The notes: generated by a model from the letters alone, not told the origin. A DNA stretch of 64,000 bases from Octopus vulgaris (GCA_951406725.2 OX597816.1:79918001-79982000), one strand, 5' to 3'. Counted from the stretch's first letter, positions 27,136 through 41,229 are shown. Program-made: numbers and translations.

Positions 27136-28151
27136 TCTATATATATGTACACATACATACAGATATGTGTGCCTGTGTTTGCGCATATAAATTTGGATAC
27201 TGACACATACATACAGTGTACCGAACATACATTTTCTCTCCCTTGTTTGTAAATTGAAACGTGCAAGTGTGTATGTGCGTTTGTGCACGTGTATATTACA
27301 GATATATGTGTGTGCGTGATATGTTCGTCTGTCTATGCATTATATATCTCAGTGTCTGTGTATGTGTGTCTATGTGTGTGTGTAATTGCACCAGAAATTA
27401 AACAAGAAAAAAAATTTTTTGGAAGAAAAAGAACAAAAGAAACTCAACATCAAAATAATAGAATGGAACTAAGATGATAGGCGTGTGTCTTTAACTTTAA
27501 AGATAGATGGCGTTAGGTGTAAACTTTTTGTTCTCTTTCACTAGTGAGTCTGGTGGTGTTTGCTGTGAATAGTCGCCAGTAAACTATGCACACGTTTTCC
27601 TGTTACTTTTAGAGGAAACAAGCGATGTTTTCCGATTAACTTGTATAACAGAAACAAACACTTCATTATCGAACAAGGTGAGAGCAAAGAAAAGAGAAAA
27701 GGTAAAAAGGATTATTTGCAATTCATCGGTGAACGGCCTATGTGTAATTATCAATAGTTTAAAACTAGCTTTAAAACACCTTTATATTTTGCTGTTGCGC
27801 TTCAGGGCACGTAAAACCAATAGAAGGAAAAGAAAACCTGTGGATTGACTAATATGGATTCACAGTTTTGTTTATTTTTTATATAGAGTGACGTACGTAC
27901 GTATACATCTATGTATCGATATATTTGTATATCTATACCGGTTATGTATGTGTGTTTATGAGTGTATGTATATATATATATATATATAGGCAAGTATATA
28001 CATGTATTTGTGTGTATGCATACTTGTGTGTACATACGCATGCATGCATTTATGTAACTTTATACGTTTGTAAGAATGCATGCACGTATGAATGAATAAA
28101 GGTAGGTATGCAAATATGTACATATATATGTATGTGTGTATGGATGAATGC

Positions 28152-28188
<37 letters not shown>

Positions 28189-28238
28189 CACACAAACACT
28201 TATATATAGGTGTAAGTGTGTGAGGGAGTGTTCATGTA

Positions 28239-28278
<40 letters not shown>

Positions 28279-28281
<3 letters not shown>

Positions 28282-28668
28282 TTATATATAAAAGTAAGGT
28301 TGTGTGCTGTCTGTCTCCTACGATTTAGATTCCTAACTACTCTCACATTTTGCGGTGCAGTTTAACCAAAACCGGGTATCTTATAGTTGTGATTCACATC
28401 GAGCCCTGGGTATTAGCGCGCGTCTACGATGAGTCTACGATTTTAAAAAAAATTGCCATCAATTTTTCCCATTTTTAATGCATTTTTGGCATATATAAGG
28501 GAAGTAACTCTCTAAAAATTTATTATTAAATCTCAGAACGTAAAAAGCTACAGTAACACCCCCCTTTGTGGTTAGCCATATTGAGATGGCTATTATGCTT
28601 TACATCTCTAAAAATGCTTATATAGTTATTTCCCTTACAAACCCGAGCAACCCGGGCGATACTGCTAG
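28279..28668 (+). mobile_element. Non-autonomous Helitron
   Basis: A|TCTTTATATATAAAA 5' end; 3' GC-rich hairpin CCCGAGCAACCCGGG followed by CTAG|T; inserted in (TA)n with no TSD. Confidence 0.85.
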
Positions 28669-28669
28669 T

Positions 28670-28712
<43 letters not shown>

Positions 28713-28849
28713 ACATACACATATACTTACGCACACACACCCATGTGTGTGTATATATATACATGCATATATGTATATGTATATATATATGTATGTATAT
28801 ATATATATATGAGTACGTATATATATATATATGTGTGTGTGTACGTTTG

Positions 28850-29127
28850 TATGTGCGTATTCTGCATATTCATGTATTTGTATGTGCATGCTTGTGTGTT
28901 TGTATGTGTGTGTGTGTATATATGGTTCCGTCTTCATTTGTGTGTGTGTGTTTGTGCTTGTCTGTCCGTATTACTTGTGAACCTACCTACTCATATATAT
29001 ATATGAGTATGTCCTCGTAAATGAAATATCCTCTACACTAAATAGGAAATACACGTGGAAGGCAGTGATACCCCAATACCCACAGAATATACATACATAA
29101 CTACATTTGCTAGTGGGCTATTATGTA

Positions 29128-29203
<76 letters not shown>

Positions 29204-29420
29204 AGTAGCTAGGTAGGTACATAGGTAATATATATAGGTAAGTAGCTAGGTAGGTACATAGGTAATACGGACAAGCACAAACACACACACACACACAAAA
29301 GGCGACGGAACCATATATAACACACTCCACACGGGCATACACACAAAAACATATATGGAGAAACAGACATAAATGACGCACGTACATAGTGACACAAATA
29401 CATGAATACGCATATTCATA
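28850..29420. repeat. Local inverted duplication (~28850-28990 versus ~29240-29420)
   Basis: ATATATGGTTCCGTC...GTTTGTGCTTGT...CCGTATTAC...ACCTACCTA reappears as its reverse complement at 29247-29320. Confidence 0.75.
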
Positions 29421-29829
29421 CATACACACACGCATGCATACATATATGCATGCACATACATATCTGCATACACAAGCACACATGCGCACATACATGCTGA
29501 CGCACACACATGCGCATAGACAAAAAAAGAATGCAGCTCCGATAACGTACAGAGTCAACATCCATTGACAAGGTTGCAAAAGCAACGAAAAGCTTGGAAG
29601 AAAAAAGTATACATAATAAATGAGTGGAAATCGAACCGGCGAGTATGTTAGATAATAAGGCATTGCTTATAAGTGGTCGACGATACCAAACTTTTCGATT
29701 CGGGTAATAGAATAGCCGCGTAATTGGAGTCAGAGCAGGCTAGTTTGTATTGGCATAACTTCATATAAATTTAAGCGTACATTTCGAAATATAGTTTGAA
29801 TATACGGAAGTCTTGCGTAGAGGTATGCA

Positions 29830-30365
29830 TTACTTATTATGCGCAATACATTTCTGAAGCATTCATATTATCATGAAAATCTCCACATCTACACTTCCCA
29901 AATCTGTGAAGCAGTTTGGTAGGGTGTTGAAAAGTTGTGGTCCCTTGAAATTTAAGTTGTTGCAGTACTGAATTCCTATTTGAGATGGAGAAGTGGGGAT
30001 CTTTGGTGTTATGCAGTGTCGTCCAGTTCGGTGGTTTGTATAGCATGTAGTGCCAAAGTTGGGAGCAAGAACTTCCAGGATCTGCTATGTGTGTATCACT
30101 GCATATCTTGCTCACCTTCTCTCTATGGCGTAGAGCTTCAATTCTTTTAGTATCTTACGGTAGCTTATCTGTTTCACTGGACCAATCTTCTGTGTGTAGC
30201 GGCGCTGGATTGCCTCGAGTTCCGCCACCAGTTTGAGGCTCTACGGCGACCACAGTTCGGAGCAGTAATCCAGATGACTGAGAACAAAAGTTTTCTACAG
30301 GCGTTGCATGATATCCTCATTTCTGGTTCTGAATGATGTAAGAATCCATATGGCTACTCACCTGC
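29830..30365 (-). mobile_element. CR1-clade LINE 3' fragment
   Basis: Minus strand WILTSFRTRNEDIM...KTFVLSHLDYCSELWSP...ELEAIQRRYTQKI...LKELKLY, matching CR1 motifs LEYCxxxWSP and LExIQRR. Confidence 0.8.
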
Positions 30366-30384
30366 ATAACGTTTCAAATATATC

Positions 30385-30585
30385 GGTTTCAAATATATGC
30401 GGCACAAAGCCAGTAATATCGGGAGAGGGGATAAGTGATTGCATCAACTCATGTGTTCTACTGGTATTTATTTTATAGACCCTGAAAGAATGATAGGTTA
30501 AGTCAACCTTTGAACTCAGAACATAAAAACGGATGAAATGCAGCTAAGAATTTTGCCAGGCGTGCTAATGATTCTGCTTGATCGC
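30385..30585 (-). mobile_element. SINE family A (diverged)
   Basis: CTGGTATTTATTTTATAGACCCTGAAAG...GAACTCAGAAC...GCGTGCTAATGATTCTGC. Confidence 0.7.
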
Positions 30586-32253
30586 ATTAGACGGGGAACA
30601 ACTCTGCATAAGGAACAGATCTATTTCCCAAGGTATAGACAAGTACCATGAAGAAAACACATAGAGAGATGAGCAAGAACTCTCCAAACAAACTTCCTCT
30701 TTTTACCTATTCACCAATGCAATGAAACAACTTCTATACAACAACGATTAAGTGAAGAGAATATATTTGTTGAAAAATACAAACCGCGCCTGAATATGAA
30801 CACTTCAATTTCGTAGATATTTTAATTCGTAAATAAAATCAGTTCGCCTCAAAGAAAAGAATAATTATTTCTCCTGCTTCTTATAATAACAATCACTAGT
30901 TACCTCCCCCTTAGATTTATTTAGCTAGTGATTCATTTACAATACAACTTACCTCTTACTAACATGGACTAGAAACTTCTTATGACACCGTGAAATTGTA
31001 ATATTCTCACTAATTTCTTAGTCATAATTAGCAAAAGCGATACTGGTTGACTATGTAAATATGTTATCTCTTAAAAAATATATACATTCTGTGCATTGTT
31101 ATATTTTTCGCTACAACTCACTACTTAAAGGGGAAAATCGTTCCAACGAAGTTTTTCACTATGTATATACTGAAAAATTATAATATAGTAAACAGCATAT
31201 TTCTTCTAAGCCAGAGCCGTGAATATATCAAACAAATTTCCTCTATTAATTTTATTTATTTAATAATATATAATGGTTAGCAATGTAAGAATATGCTTAC
31301 GTCTAGAATAAGAAAAAGACTGCCGGTTTTCAACAGTCTTTATTAATGTTTTTGAAAAATCTTCTTATGAGGGAAATACAAATATAAAAACTATTTTTCG
31401 CTATAGACATCAAAGATGGTTATCAATTTTTGAAAGCACCAATTCTAATAAAGAAATATCAATATTTATACAAAAAAAAAGTAAATATAGTGTCTCTTAA
31501 AGTCTAGAAACCTCTGTGATAAAAGAATTACAGTGGTTTCTGGTATCTAAGACACATAACATTTAAAACATTGAAGGATCAAAAGAAAGAAAATAACACT
31601 CATTTTTGCCTACTTACACAATATTTAATACATTAAAACGTTTTTCTCTTGTTTTTCTTTAGATGCAAAGTTTTAGATCAAGTCCATTAAACTAATCTAG
31701 CGTGACAAATCCACTTCTGTACTAAGCACAGACTTGACACTTAGCTTGTTTTGTCACACTGTTGGTCAATTTCAAGCAACAATATGGTAGTCAGGTGCGG
31801 TAGTTGTTATACTACAATAGTCTTTCATTCCTAAGTTCCAAACATTATTAATCTCTTCAGTTCTATAATAATATTAATAATAGCAGTTTATTAACATTAT
31901 TGATAATTTCATTACACACACACACACGAACACACACACACAAACACACACATGCACATATGCGGTTGTATGTCTTTATTTACATGCACAGTTATATGTG
32001 TATGCGTGCGTGTCCATGTGTGTATGTGTGTGTGTGTGAGAGAGAGAAAGAGTGAGAGAGTACGTGTGTGTAAGTGTGTGAGAGAGAGAGTGAGAGAGTG
32101 CGTGTGTGAGTGTATGCGTCTATATTTTTGTTATATGGTCTTTAACCGATGTGTTGTTTCTCAGTGATTTAAAAATAAGATGTACAATACGTAGTAAATT
32201 CCCATGGGTCTAATGACTGAAAACAATAACACATACACACGTACATGCATATC

Positions 32254-33409
32254 CAGGTTGCATAAGGTATTTGAGGACATACCTTTTATGGGTCACTGCA
32301 GCACTTTTTGCTAACTTTGTATAATCTTTGTTTCAGAAAATAATAATGGCAGGCCCTCAGCTTACTCAATAAATGAAGGGACATGCTGTTATTGTGGTTA
32401 TAAGGGCTGAGCATAGAGAGAAACTTTTAAAAGTTGCCAGATCTTTGGTCTACAAAGTTTGTAAGGAGCTAGAGAGTGAAGATGGAAACGTATTACCAGT
32501 ATCAAAGCATAAACAAGCATTCTAAACACTCAGAAACTATCAGAACACCTGAATTTATCCAGCAAGTTCAACAGACCATTGACTACAATCCTAGAAAATC
32601 CATGAGGTCAATTGCAAAAGATCTCGTCAGAAATGTTGTCCACGAAGACATCACTCTTATATGATGAGGAAAGTTCAATTTGTCAGAAAAAGCAAAAGAA
32701 AACCACTACATCAAATCTAAAAGGCTATTAAACACGAAACGGGAAAAAAACTTCGGCCAAGATCAAAAAGTTAACAGAAGAAATGACAGATGCTTATGTG
32801 CAGACCTTTCTGAAGTTCCAAGTGTTATGCATACAGCAGCTGTCATAGTTTTAGGTGTTGTCAGCAATGAATGAAATTTGATGCTTCTTACTTCTTTCCA
32901 CAAAGCCTTAGAGTTAACTCTACTGCATACATTGAGGTTCTGGATATAATTGCAATGGAGGGTCATGTGTTTCAGTAAAACTCTGCACTATCACATATGA
33001 CTCAAGTAACACACGAATGGATGGTTGAAAATTTTCACGATCACATAATCCCTAATATTTGGCCTCCTAATTCCTCAGAGCTCAATCCATTTGACTAATA
33101 TATTTGGAGTGTTGTTGAGAGAGGGGTGTCAATGAACACGCCCATAACACCAAAGATTCATTGAAAGTTGCCATAGTCACAGTAATGTCCAAAATGAACC
33201 AGGACTACTTGATTCGAGCATGTAGATGATTTAGATCTCATATAGAAGCAGTTGTTGAAGCTGAATGTGGCTTTATTGAATAACGCTATTGAAAGGATGG
33301 TTTATTTTTATCCTCATAGCATTTTATTTTTATGAATAAATTTATTAGGTTATTATATATCTGTTTTTTTATAAACATAAATCTCTCCTCATATATCTTA
33401 AGCATCCTG
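32254..33409 (+). mobile_element. Tc1/mariner superfamily element, maT/DD37D-like, decayed but near full length
   Basis: TIRs CAGGTTGCATAAGGTATTTGAGGA / TCCTCATATATCTTAAGCATCCTG|TA; frames IRTPEFIQQVQQTIDYNPRKSMRSIAKDL, KNFGQDQKVNRRNDR, and WPPNSSELNPFD. Confidence 0.85.
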
Positions 33410-33499
33410 TATACATACATAAAATCATTGTAATGAAATTTGCTGTGCCTTTTTGGTGGTAATACGTGGAAAACTTGTGCCCTCATCTATGTCATTAAA

Positions 33500-33935
33500 T
33501 ATGAACGACCTAAAGATCCAACATTTACTATGTGGAAAGCTACAAATGTCTTGGATGAGATGAGAATATCGGCTTTTAATGAACCCATCAATAAGGAGAG
33601 GACAAGGAATGAGTATCTTAAGAGAGTTGAAAATAATATAATCGTTTGAACTCTCAACTTACAAACATATCGCCCACAAAACCTAGACAATGCCTGTCCT
33701 CACACCCATATTTACTCTACTAAACTGGTCACTGCAAGAGTTCAAACAAGAGAGACGTATGAATTCACAAACTTCTGAGGGCTACTGGAAACATCGAAAT
33801 CATTGGAGATGTAGAGAGGCTATACTTCCCACGCAGAGATGGTGGCCACGTTCTTAAATCTGCATTGATGTTATATGAAGCACATATTATGCAACATTTA
33901 CAGCAGGGGAAAGTGCTACTGGCTCTCCTGTCTGA
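33500..33935 (+). mobile_element. R4/Dong-like LINE fragment
   Basis: NEPINKERTRNEYLKRV and GDVERLYFPRRDGG, resembling the R4 post-RT region also seen at ~25400-25680. Confidence 0.65.
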
Positions 33936-33944
33936 GTTTACTAG

Positions 33945-34450
33945 CACGATGGGTGTTGTGGGATGATATGCATGTTGTAAGTTGAATATTCAAATGACCA
34001 TAATGTTTAACTCTATTGAGATACTCATTCCTTGTCTCTTCTTTATTGATAGATCCATCATTAGAATAGCTAATGAACTTGTGGGGAGGCATGAAATAAG
34101 CTGTTACAAAGCTCTCCCTAAAGATTTTTGATATATTCTATTTATGAGGACAAAATTAAAAAATGGACCAGTTGACAGAAATGGGTACTTGGGACGAAGG
34201 AGGTAGGCCATAAAGGAAATAAACCATATCAAAAGCTCAGCATAGAGTACCGACAAGTTTATGGTGTCCCATTTTAAAGGCTACCCCCATGTTATTCTAG
34301 AAACAACCTTTTGAGTTTTACTCAGAAGGAAAGGCATTATTCATACACCTTTTCAGGTTAAGCCTCAAGATGGTTAAAATCCTCTCACACATAGAAATTC
34401 TTCTGCCGGACCCACTTTCCCTGCTGTGGTTAAGGAAGTCTTAGGCGATT
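33945..34450 (-). mobile_element. R4/Dong-like LINE fragment, opposite orientation
   Basis: 33965-34060 is the reverse complement of 33575-33675 (INKEETRNEYLNRV); upstream minus-strand sequence shows only weak RT-like remnants. Confidence 0.55.
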
Positions 34451-37400
34451 AAAACAAAACAAAAATAATAACAATAATAATAAATGATTCTGATGATGAG
34501 ATAGTACGTGCGTGTGTGTATGTGTGTTTGTGTTTAAGTGTGTCCGTATGTGATATGAGTGTTGCGTTGTATGGTAGAAGAATAACTGCTGGACTTTCCT
34601 TTCCTCCCTCTGGGTTAAACAGAGTACCTCTCAAGTACTAGGAGTCAATATAATTGACTGTTAGTGTGACCTTGTGACTATGATACAAATCATTTTTAGC
34701 AAAATTCTGTATAATGCCGTTTTATATGAATTGTGATATGTATTTATATCACTTAACATTCTGATGTCAAATTCCGTTGAAGTCGGTTATTCCTTTCATT
34801 TTCTTTTTAGTGTCGATAAATGAATTACTTACCAGTTACTGAGGTCGATGAACCACACATTCCCTCTTTACTAGAAATGTTTGCCCCTATGTCTGTGTTA
34901 GAAATGTAATGAATAGGACAATATGATGGTTTCTCCCATTTATTTTTACTAGTATGAAGGATAGAATAAATTTAAACTTCTTTTTAAGACTCTGTTGACA
35001 TGTGACCGTACTAAAATTGTTCTTATCAACTTCTTTCGTCGACCTCGGAAGGATGAACATAAACTAGACCAGGTCACGATTTGGAGTCAGAACCTAAAAA
35101 GAGATTTAACCAAAGCTAAACCTAGAGATATAACCAAATATAGTCAAACTTTGAAGGTCTTTTTTTTTTTACAGTAGTTCACCGATTTTGCAATTCATAA
35201 GTTTTAAACACGAACACAGCTATAGACAAGAGGTTTAACTTAATATGAATATTATTACTCTTTGTAGTCTTTGCTAATTTTACATACAGCCATTACATAG
35301 ACATACTTTTATATTATAGTCACGCCTTAACATTATTTGTATTTGGATTATTTCCTTTTGTTCATTGAAGGTAGAATAAATTTAATGTTGTCAACCGAGA
35401 AAGGAATGTAATTAAAACATATTTAAAGAAAGAAGCCGTGATAAAGCAGTATGTTTTATGAAGTCACGGGAATTGTAGGGTTAATGAAACATTTATGATC
35501 AAATCTCAATACGTAATGTATATTTAATTGAATGTGAAGTATAATCAACATTTGTACATTAAACCAGACAGTAAGTGGGTGTATTCACTTTAGCTTATTT
35601 TCGCCAGGTGCATTAATGATTCAATCTAAGTTAAACAATCATGATTTAAATACAATATCATATTGTGAGTGGCTGATAACATAATAAATACACGGAAAAG
35701 AAAAAAAGAGAGAAATTATATTAGTTTCAAGTTAAACGTTGATTGATTTTTCTATTCCTTGGCTTAAGTGATTGATATTACACACAGGTTTTATTTATCA
35801 TCAATGACATCGTGAGTTTTTTAAACAAAGGCCCTTGATTAACATGAAGTTATTTTCGCTTTTGATCTATATTCTCTTTTTGTAGATGGTTTTGTTTTTG
35901 TTTTGATAGGGAGGCGTTTATGAATAAACAGTGAAACATTACATTAATGAGTTAATGTCATCTTTTAGAGTGCAAACGATCCAGTCGATGGGATATAAGA
36001 TAAAAGGTTGGTGTTTCATATCCCACCGAATCACAAATAACCACTGATTAATGATGCGAAAGTGTAGGAATATTGCACCACTCTAAGCAGTGTCAGAAAT
36101 GTTAAAAAGAAAACGTCAGATACAACATCGACAGTGACAAGCGCCGCCAGCCTGTCTTGTCTTCAATACACTATCTCTTATGACCCAATGTTTATTGTTT
36201 CTGTCGTAATATTTCAAAAGATAGCATCTAGCCTAGTAGAAGTATGTATATCGGCCAAAAATTATGCGACAAAGACGGGTTATTCTAGGTGGCCCCAGCC
36301 TACCTAGATATGAATATGTATCATGAAAATACATTTGCCGTATTACCCAGCTTACCAGGAATAGTGTACAACAAGGAAAATCAATTACTTACTGTAATGA
36401 ACTGAACCTGTGTATAATCGATGAGTGTTTCGTTTGTTTCTAATGCTGTGTTCATATTCTCTCTTCATCTTACAGAAAACGAGGACAAAACGAATTATCG
36501 AGGAAGCCTCTGTACGATTGCTTAGCCAGTTAAAAACAACAGTAAAGTACACTTTCTTACACCCTGCCTCGAAAAACAGAAAAAGGAAAGACACGTTAAA
36601 TATTACAGTTTCTGAAATATCACGTGATCATGTGACCAACCAGACTATCAGATGTTGTTACACATCATCGTCACCATATGCTTTGCATCGTTTTAGTCTT
36701 CGAATGATGTCCCCCACCACCTGCTGAAATATATCTAAAATAAATATATGATGGTCACGGTTGGAGCGTTTCATCATGTTTGCGATATCAATGTTCGTAT
36801 GTATCATAAAAACCAACAACACCAACAAAAACCGACAACGACAGAAACAGCAAATACATCGATGACAAAACACCCACACATATTGTTCATTAAAACGAAC
36901 TTTTTAGTGTTGCATTGACTATACTATCTATTACGATCGTTAGATTATCAACCCAGAGGTCGTGGTTCCTTTCTCTGATTAGTTGTTACATATTATCTTG
37001 CACTGGCCTAAATGAGTTAGTTGTATGCAGGTACCATATAACATATTGCTTACCACTGTGTCCAGTCTACTTTACTCCTGAAACAGATTTAGCTTCTATC
37101 TACAGAGGTGATATTTTAATTATTTTACATGTCTTTAGATCGTAGTTTTAAGATCGAAAATGTCCTTACACCTGAAGAAGATTAGCCACTTGAAGGGCAA
37201 AATCGGCAGTTCTGTATACCATTGTGAAATTAGTTTAGGAAACATTAATAACATATTTTCTCATAGATTAAGTACTTGCACTCATTACACCAAACGGGGT
37301 GATATTGAGATATCGCTTAATAATAGAAGTCGGGTTGATAGTCAAGCATCATTTTGCTAAATAAATACACTATTAATCATTTCAGGGGACACTTTCTGTA

Positions 37401-38422
37401 TTGCTTGATAGGTCACTACTTACGTCCTATTATACCACGAGCTATTAATTATAATACGAACTTTGCATAACGATCAGCAGCGACACTGTTTCATGGCTGA
37501 TTGCACAGTTCATTATATAGCAATATGCGCTTAACAGTTAAATCAATAATTGAAGGACGGGCTAATTTTTGAAATTCTGCAAATGAATCAGTTTTCCGAT
37601 GTCTTCTCGAAGTAAGCAAGCTTTAAAGATGTTTACTGAAAATAAAGTATTCATTTCTCCCGGCTAGAAGAACTAAAAATTTGTCTTCAGTGATTCATCC
37701 AGAAACACAACAAAATGTATCATTTTTCACATTTATTTTCGTTAATATACGCTTCGTTGAATGTTTGAGCTGATATTGTCATCCAATTGACCAATCAATA
37801 GTTCTTTTGCATGTATTTTCTGAGATAAGAATATGAGATGCTTTTACACTCGACTTTTGAAATCTTGTATTCCGCTCTCTCAGATAGTTTTTTATATTAT
37901 TAGCCAAGTACAGAAAGTTATTCCAGTGTGTGCATCTAGGCACCAAGCATCAAGCATCGAATAAACGCGTACAGTGTGATATGTTATCTCTCTGACGATA
38001 TCTTTCATATTGAGTTTTGATGCAATATAACTTATGTGCATTTCAAAGCGTAGTCTTATTGCTGCAACCATGTCTCGTATAATGTAGGCTGTTGATATCG
38101 AATTTGTTTTTGGCAGCCGTTATTCATATATGATAAGTCTGAGATCTTTCTTTTAAACTTGAATACGTTTCCTGATTATGCTTTATGAAGCACCTATATG
38201 CAATCAACTAGAAAAGTATTTTATATGGATTCTACTAACTATCCATTTAGCCGCTCCATCTCTACTATTTTTGCTTAATATCCAGAAGAAAAGTGGTTCA
38301 TTCGCAACGTTATTTCAAAACATAAATTGTGGTCACGTTCAATCGAATGTATCAACTTTCTTTTGAAATGAATCGTTACGTACCTAATTTTAAAAGAAAT
38401 CATTATATAAAAGAATTCGTTT

Positions 38423-38569
38423 TGTTGTGTGGACGCCCCCAGACGATGAAGTAGGCCAGTCTAATACGTAGATATAGAGGGAGAAGCCTAGACGTCGGTA
38501 GAACAGAGTTGAGTAGCAGTCGGAGTAGAGTAGAAGTGAGTAGAAGTCATCCGAACGTGCGACATAACA
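38423..38569. mobile_element. Solo LTR, very short (147 bp)
   Basis: TG...CA termini with inverted ends TGTTGTGT / ACATAACA and a perfect 5-bp TSD CGTTT (38418-38422 and 38570-38574); GC-richer than the flanks. Confidence 0.75.
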
Positions 38570-39416
38570 CGTTTATATAAATATTTATTACTTATGTATT
38601 CATTTTGACATTCTGTTTTTGAAAGGGTGAAAGCATAATCAGGTTCCAGATAACTGGAATATTTAATCTTCCTTGGATATGTTCTACTTTCCCTTCCTAA
38701 GTGAGTTAGAAAGCAACTTAAATTCTTACCAAAGTAAACTATGCCGTCAACGAGGTTGACAAAACCTCCATGTATACATATTTGCTGTATTTTAGACTTC
38801 TTTATACAACTCAAAGTATCTCAAAAATATTGAATTCGAGTGTATCTTTTCGATTTCTGATTTATATTTAGTATTGTCGATCCATTACGATGTAACCTGA
38901 AATGGTAACTCAAAAGGACTTTCAATCTTCAATAACAATCTATTATCACTTCCAGGTAAAACAGATATCATGAAGAGGCATTGATTATAGTTTTTATGAA
39001 CATCGAAAATTCAATGAGATGAAGTGGTGGAATCAAATTCTTGCACGAGAAAGTTTAGTTCTTATTTAACAACATTGATAGTGCTTGACAGGTTTTGCTT
39101 GTTACCATTCCCACATGCAGTATCAAAAGAAAAGTAGAATATAAAATACAGCAATAATAAAATTACAGCAAGTAACATCAACAATACCGTCTCGACTACC
39201 AACAACAACAACAACAACAGCAGCAGCCGTTCAAGAATTTGGACCTGGAGATCTCCATTTCCAGCGACTTCGAGGGCCACCTCCCAGTGGTGTCGGGCGT
39301 CAACGAAGAGGCCTCGACTACAAGACGACCGAAGTTTTTTTTCTTTCCAAGGTCTGGGGTCTTCCGCCCCGAAGCCCTAGACCATCACCTAATCATCCTT
39401 ACCCGTCTTGTTGCTT

Positions 39417-39447
<31 letters not shown>

Positions 39448-41229
39448 GCATCAGCAGCAGCCTGTGCAAAGATTTTCAAGTTAAAATATTTTTAGAAATT
39501 ATAGGCACCATCTTGAGTCACAAGAAAGTAACAGCACTACTCATAGGATTTGAACGGTGTATCTGTCACTTGCCAGATGACCGTGTTACCGATTATACTA
39601 TACAGCCATTACTGCTCTCTCTCTACTCCCATTTAAATATGCCTTTTTATACTATATTATTATCAAAGTATACCAGCTAACTGGTTTAACTATTTAGCTT
39701 AGTAGTATAACTCCATTTATATATATTGTGTATATACATATTGTGTACACCAATGGTTTTCAAACAGCAGACGATATACCGACACACTGCTGCACCCCAA
39801 GCGGTTTGTTGGTATAACGCGGAGTTTTAAAAGAGTAATTTAATTGAGAAATAAAAAAAACAGTACTGCTCTGAATAATATACTAATTAAAATATATTAA
39901 AAGAAAATTCGTAGATGAGTAAACAAAGAATCGCACATACTGTATGGAGAACGAAACTCCTAAGTGTGTGGGGAAAGTTTATAAAAGCTTAAATATATAA
40001 AAGTAATAAAATAAGTATATACAAATTATAAAAATAGTTTTAAAAAATTATACAGTACAGTACTTTTTCTACTTCGTAGATTTTCACCTGTCGCAATGGT
40101 TTTTGGAACGTAACACACGCGATAGTCCAGGGATTATTGTGTGTGTGTATGTGTGTGTGTATAAATATATATATATAAACATTTGCATATGTTTGCGTGT
40201 GTTTGCAAGAGAGAGTTTCCCTGTGTACGTGGGTGTGTGTGATTATTTGTAATATATGTACACACACATGCACATGCGCACACATATACATACATGTATG
40301 TTTATATATCACTGTAAATTCATAAGGGTGCTCAGTATACATAGAGAGTGATGATATATTTTTTACGTGTGGTAACTGAATTTAATTATACGTACTTACA
40401 ATACAATTCACACCGTATAAACGCATACACATACGTGTGTTTGTTGAATTCCCTCCCCCTCGCTCTCTGTATATATATATATATGTATGTATATGCGTTG
40501 CCTCATATATCTATGTTTATACACATACGTATATATATACATATATGTATGTATTATATATATATATCTTAGTATATTAGTATATATTAGAGTGAGAGAG
40601 AAATGAAGAGAGAGAGACGCTCACAAACACATTCATTAATTCATTTAACGACCACTCTTCACACAGATAACATCTTCAAACAAATAATACTTTCGCCATC
40701 ATTTTCTTTTTTATACCACTATCGATAAACAGTGTATCACATCATTGCCCATTGAATCTCTAATTTTATTTATTTTTTACTCTTTGCCTCTCCCTAACTT
40801 CAATCATATTTTATTTCGCTTCGTCCATTTTTTTGTTTTTTTGTTTTCATTTTATCAGCTCAAACAATAATAACAAAACCTATTAGCAAATCAACCGAAT
40901 AACGAAGGGTTTTGATATGTATGTCGAATTTAGACGTAATTGTAAGTATGACAATACAACGGTTGTTATCAAATTATATTATCAATAGTCAACATTGCTA
41001 AGTGCTTACAAGCATTAGTCATTGATTTTGTGATTGACGATCTAGACTTGTATCCAAATCTTTCCTCCACAGAACTCTCTTGCACAATTTCCTCCATCGA
41101 CTACTAACCTTTGATAATTTAATTAAACATTAACCGCATTAACATCATTCGATTACATTCATATTCTCTTAGTCAGTGAGGACCCCCACCTGTTTTTTTT
41201 TAAATTCCTAGTTCAAGGAAGAGGAGTAA

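Noticed and set aside
31700-31760. GTGACAAA...TTTGTCAC hairpin as a possible pre-miRNA
   Set aside because: The stem is interrupted by large loops and I recognise no known mature miRNA sequence.
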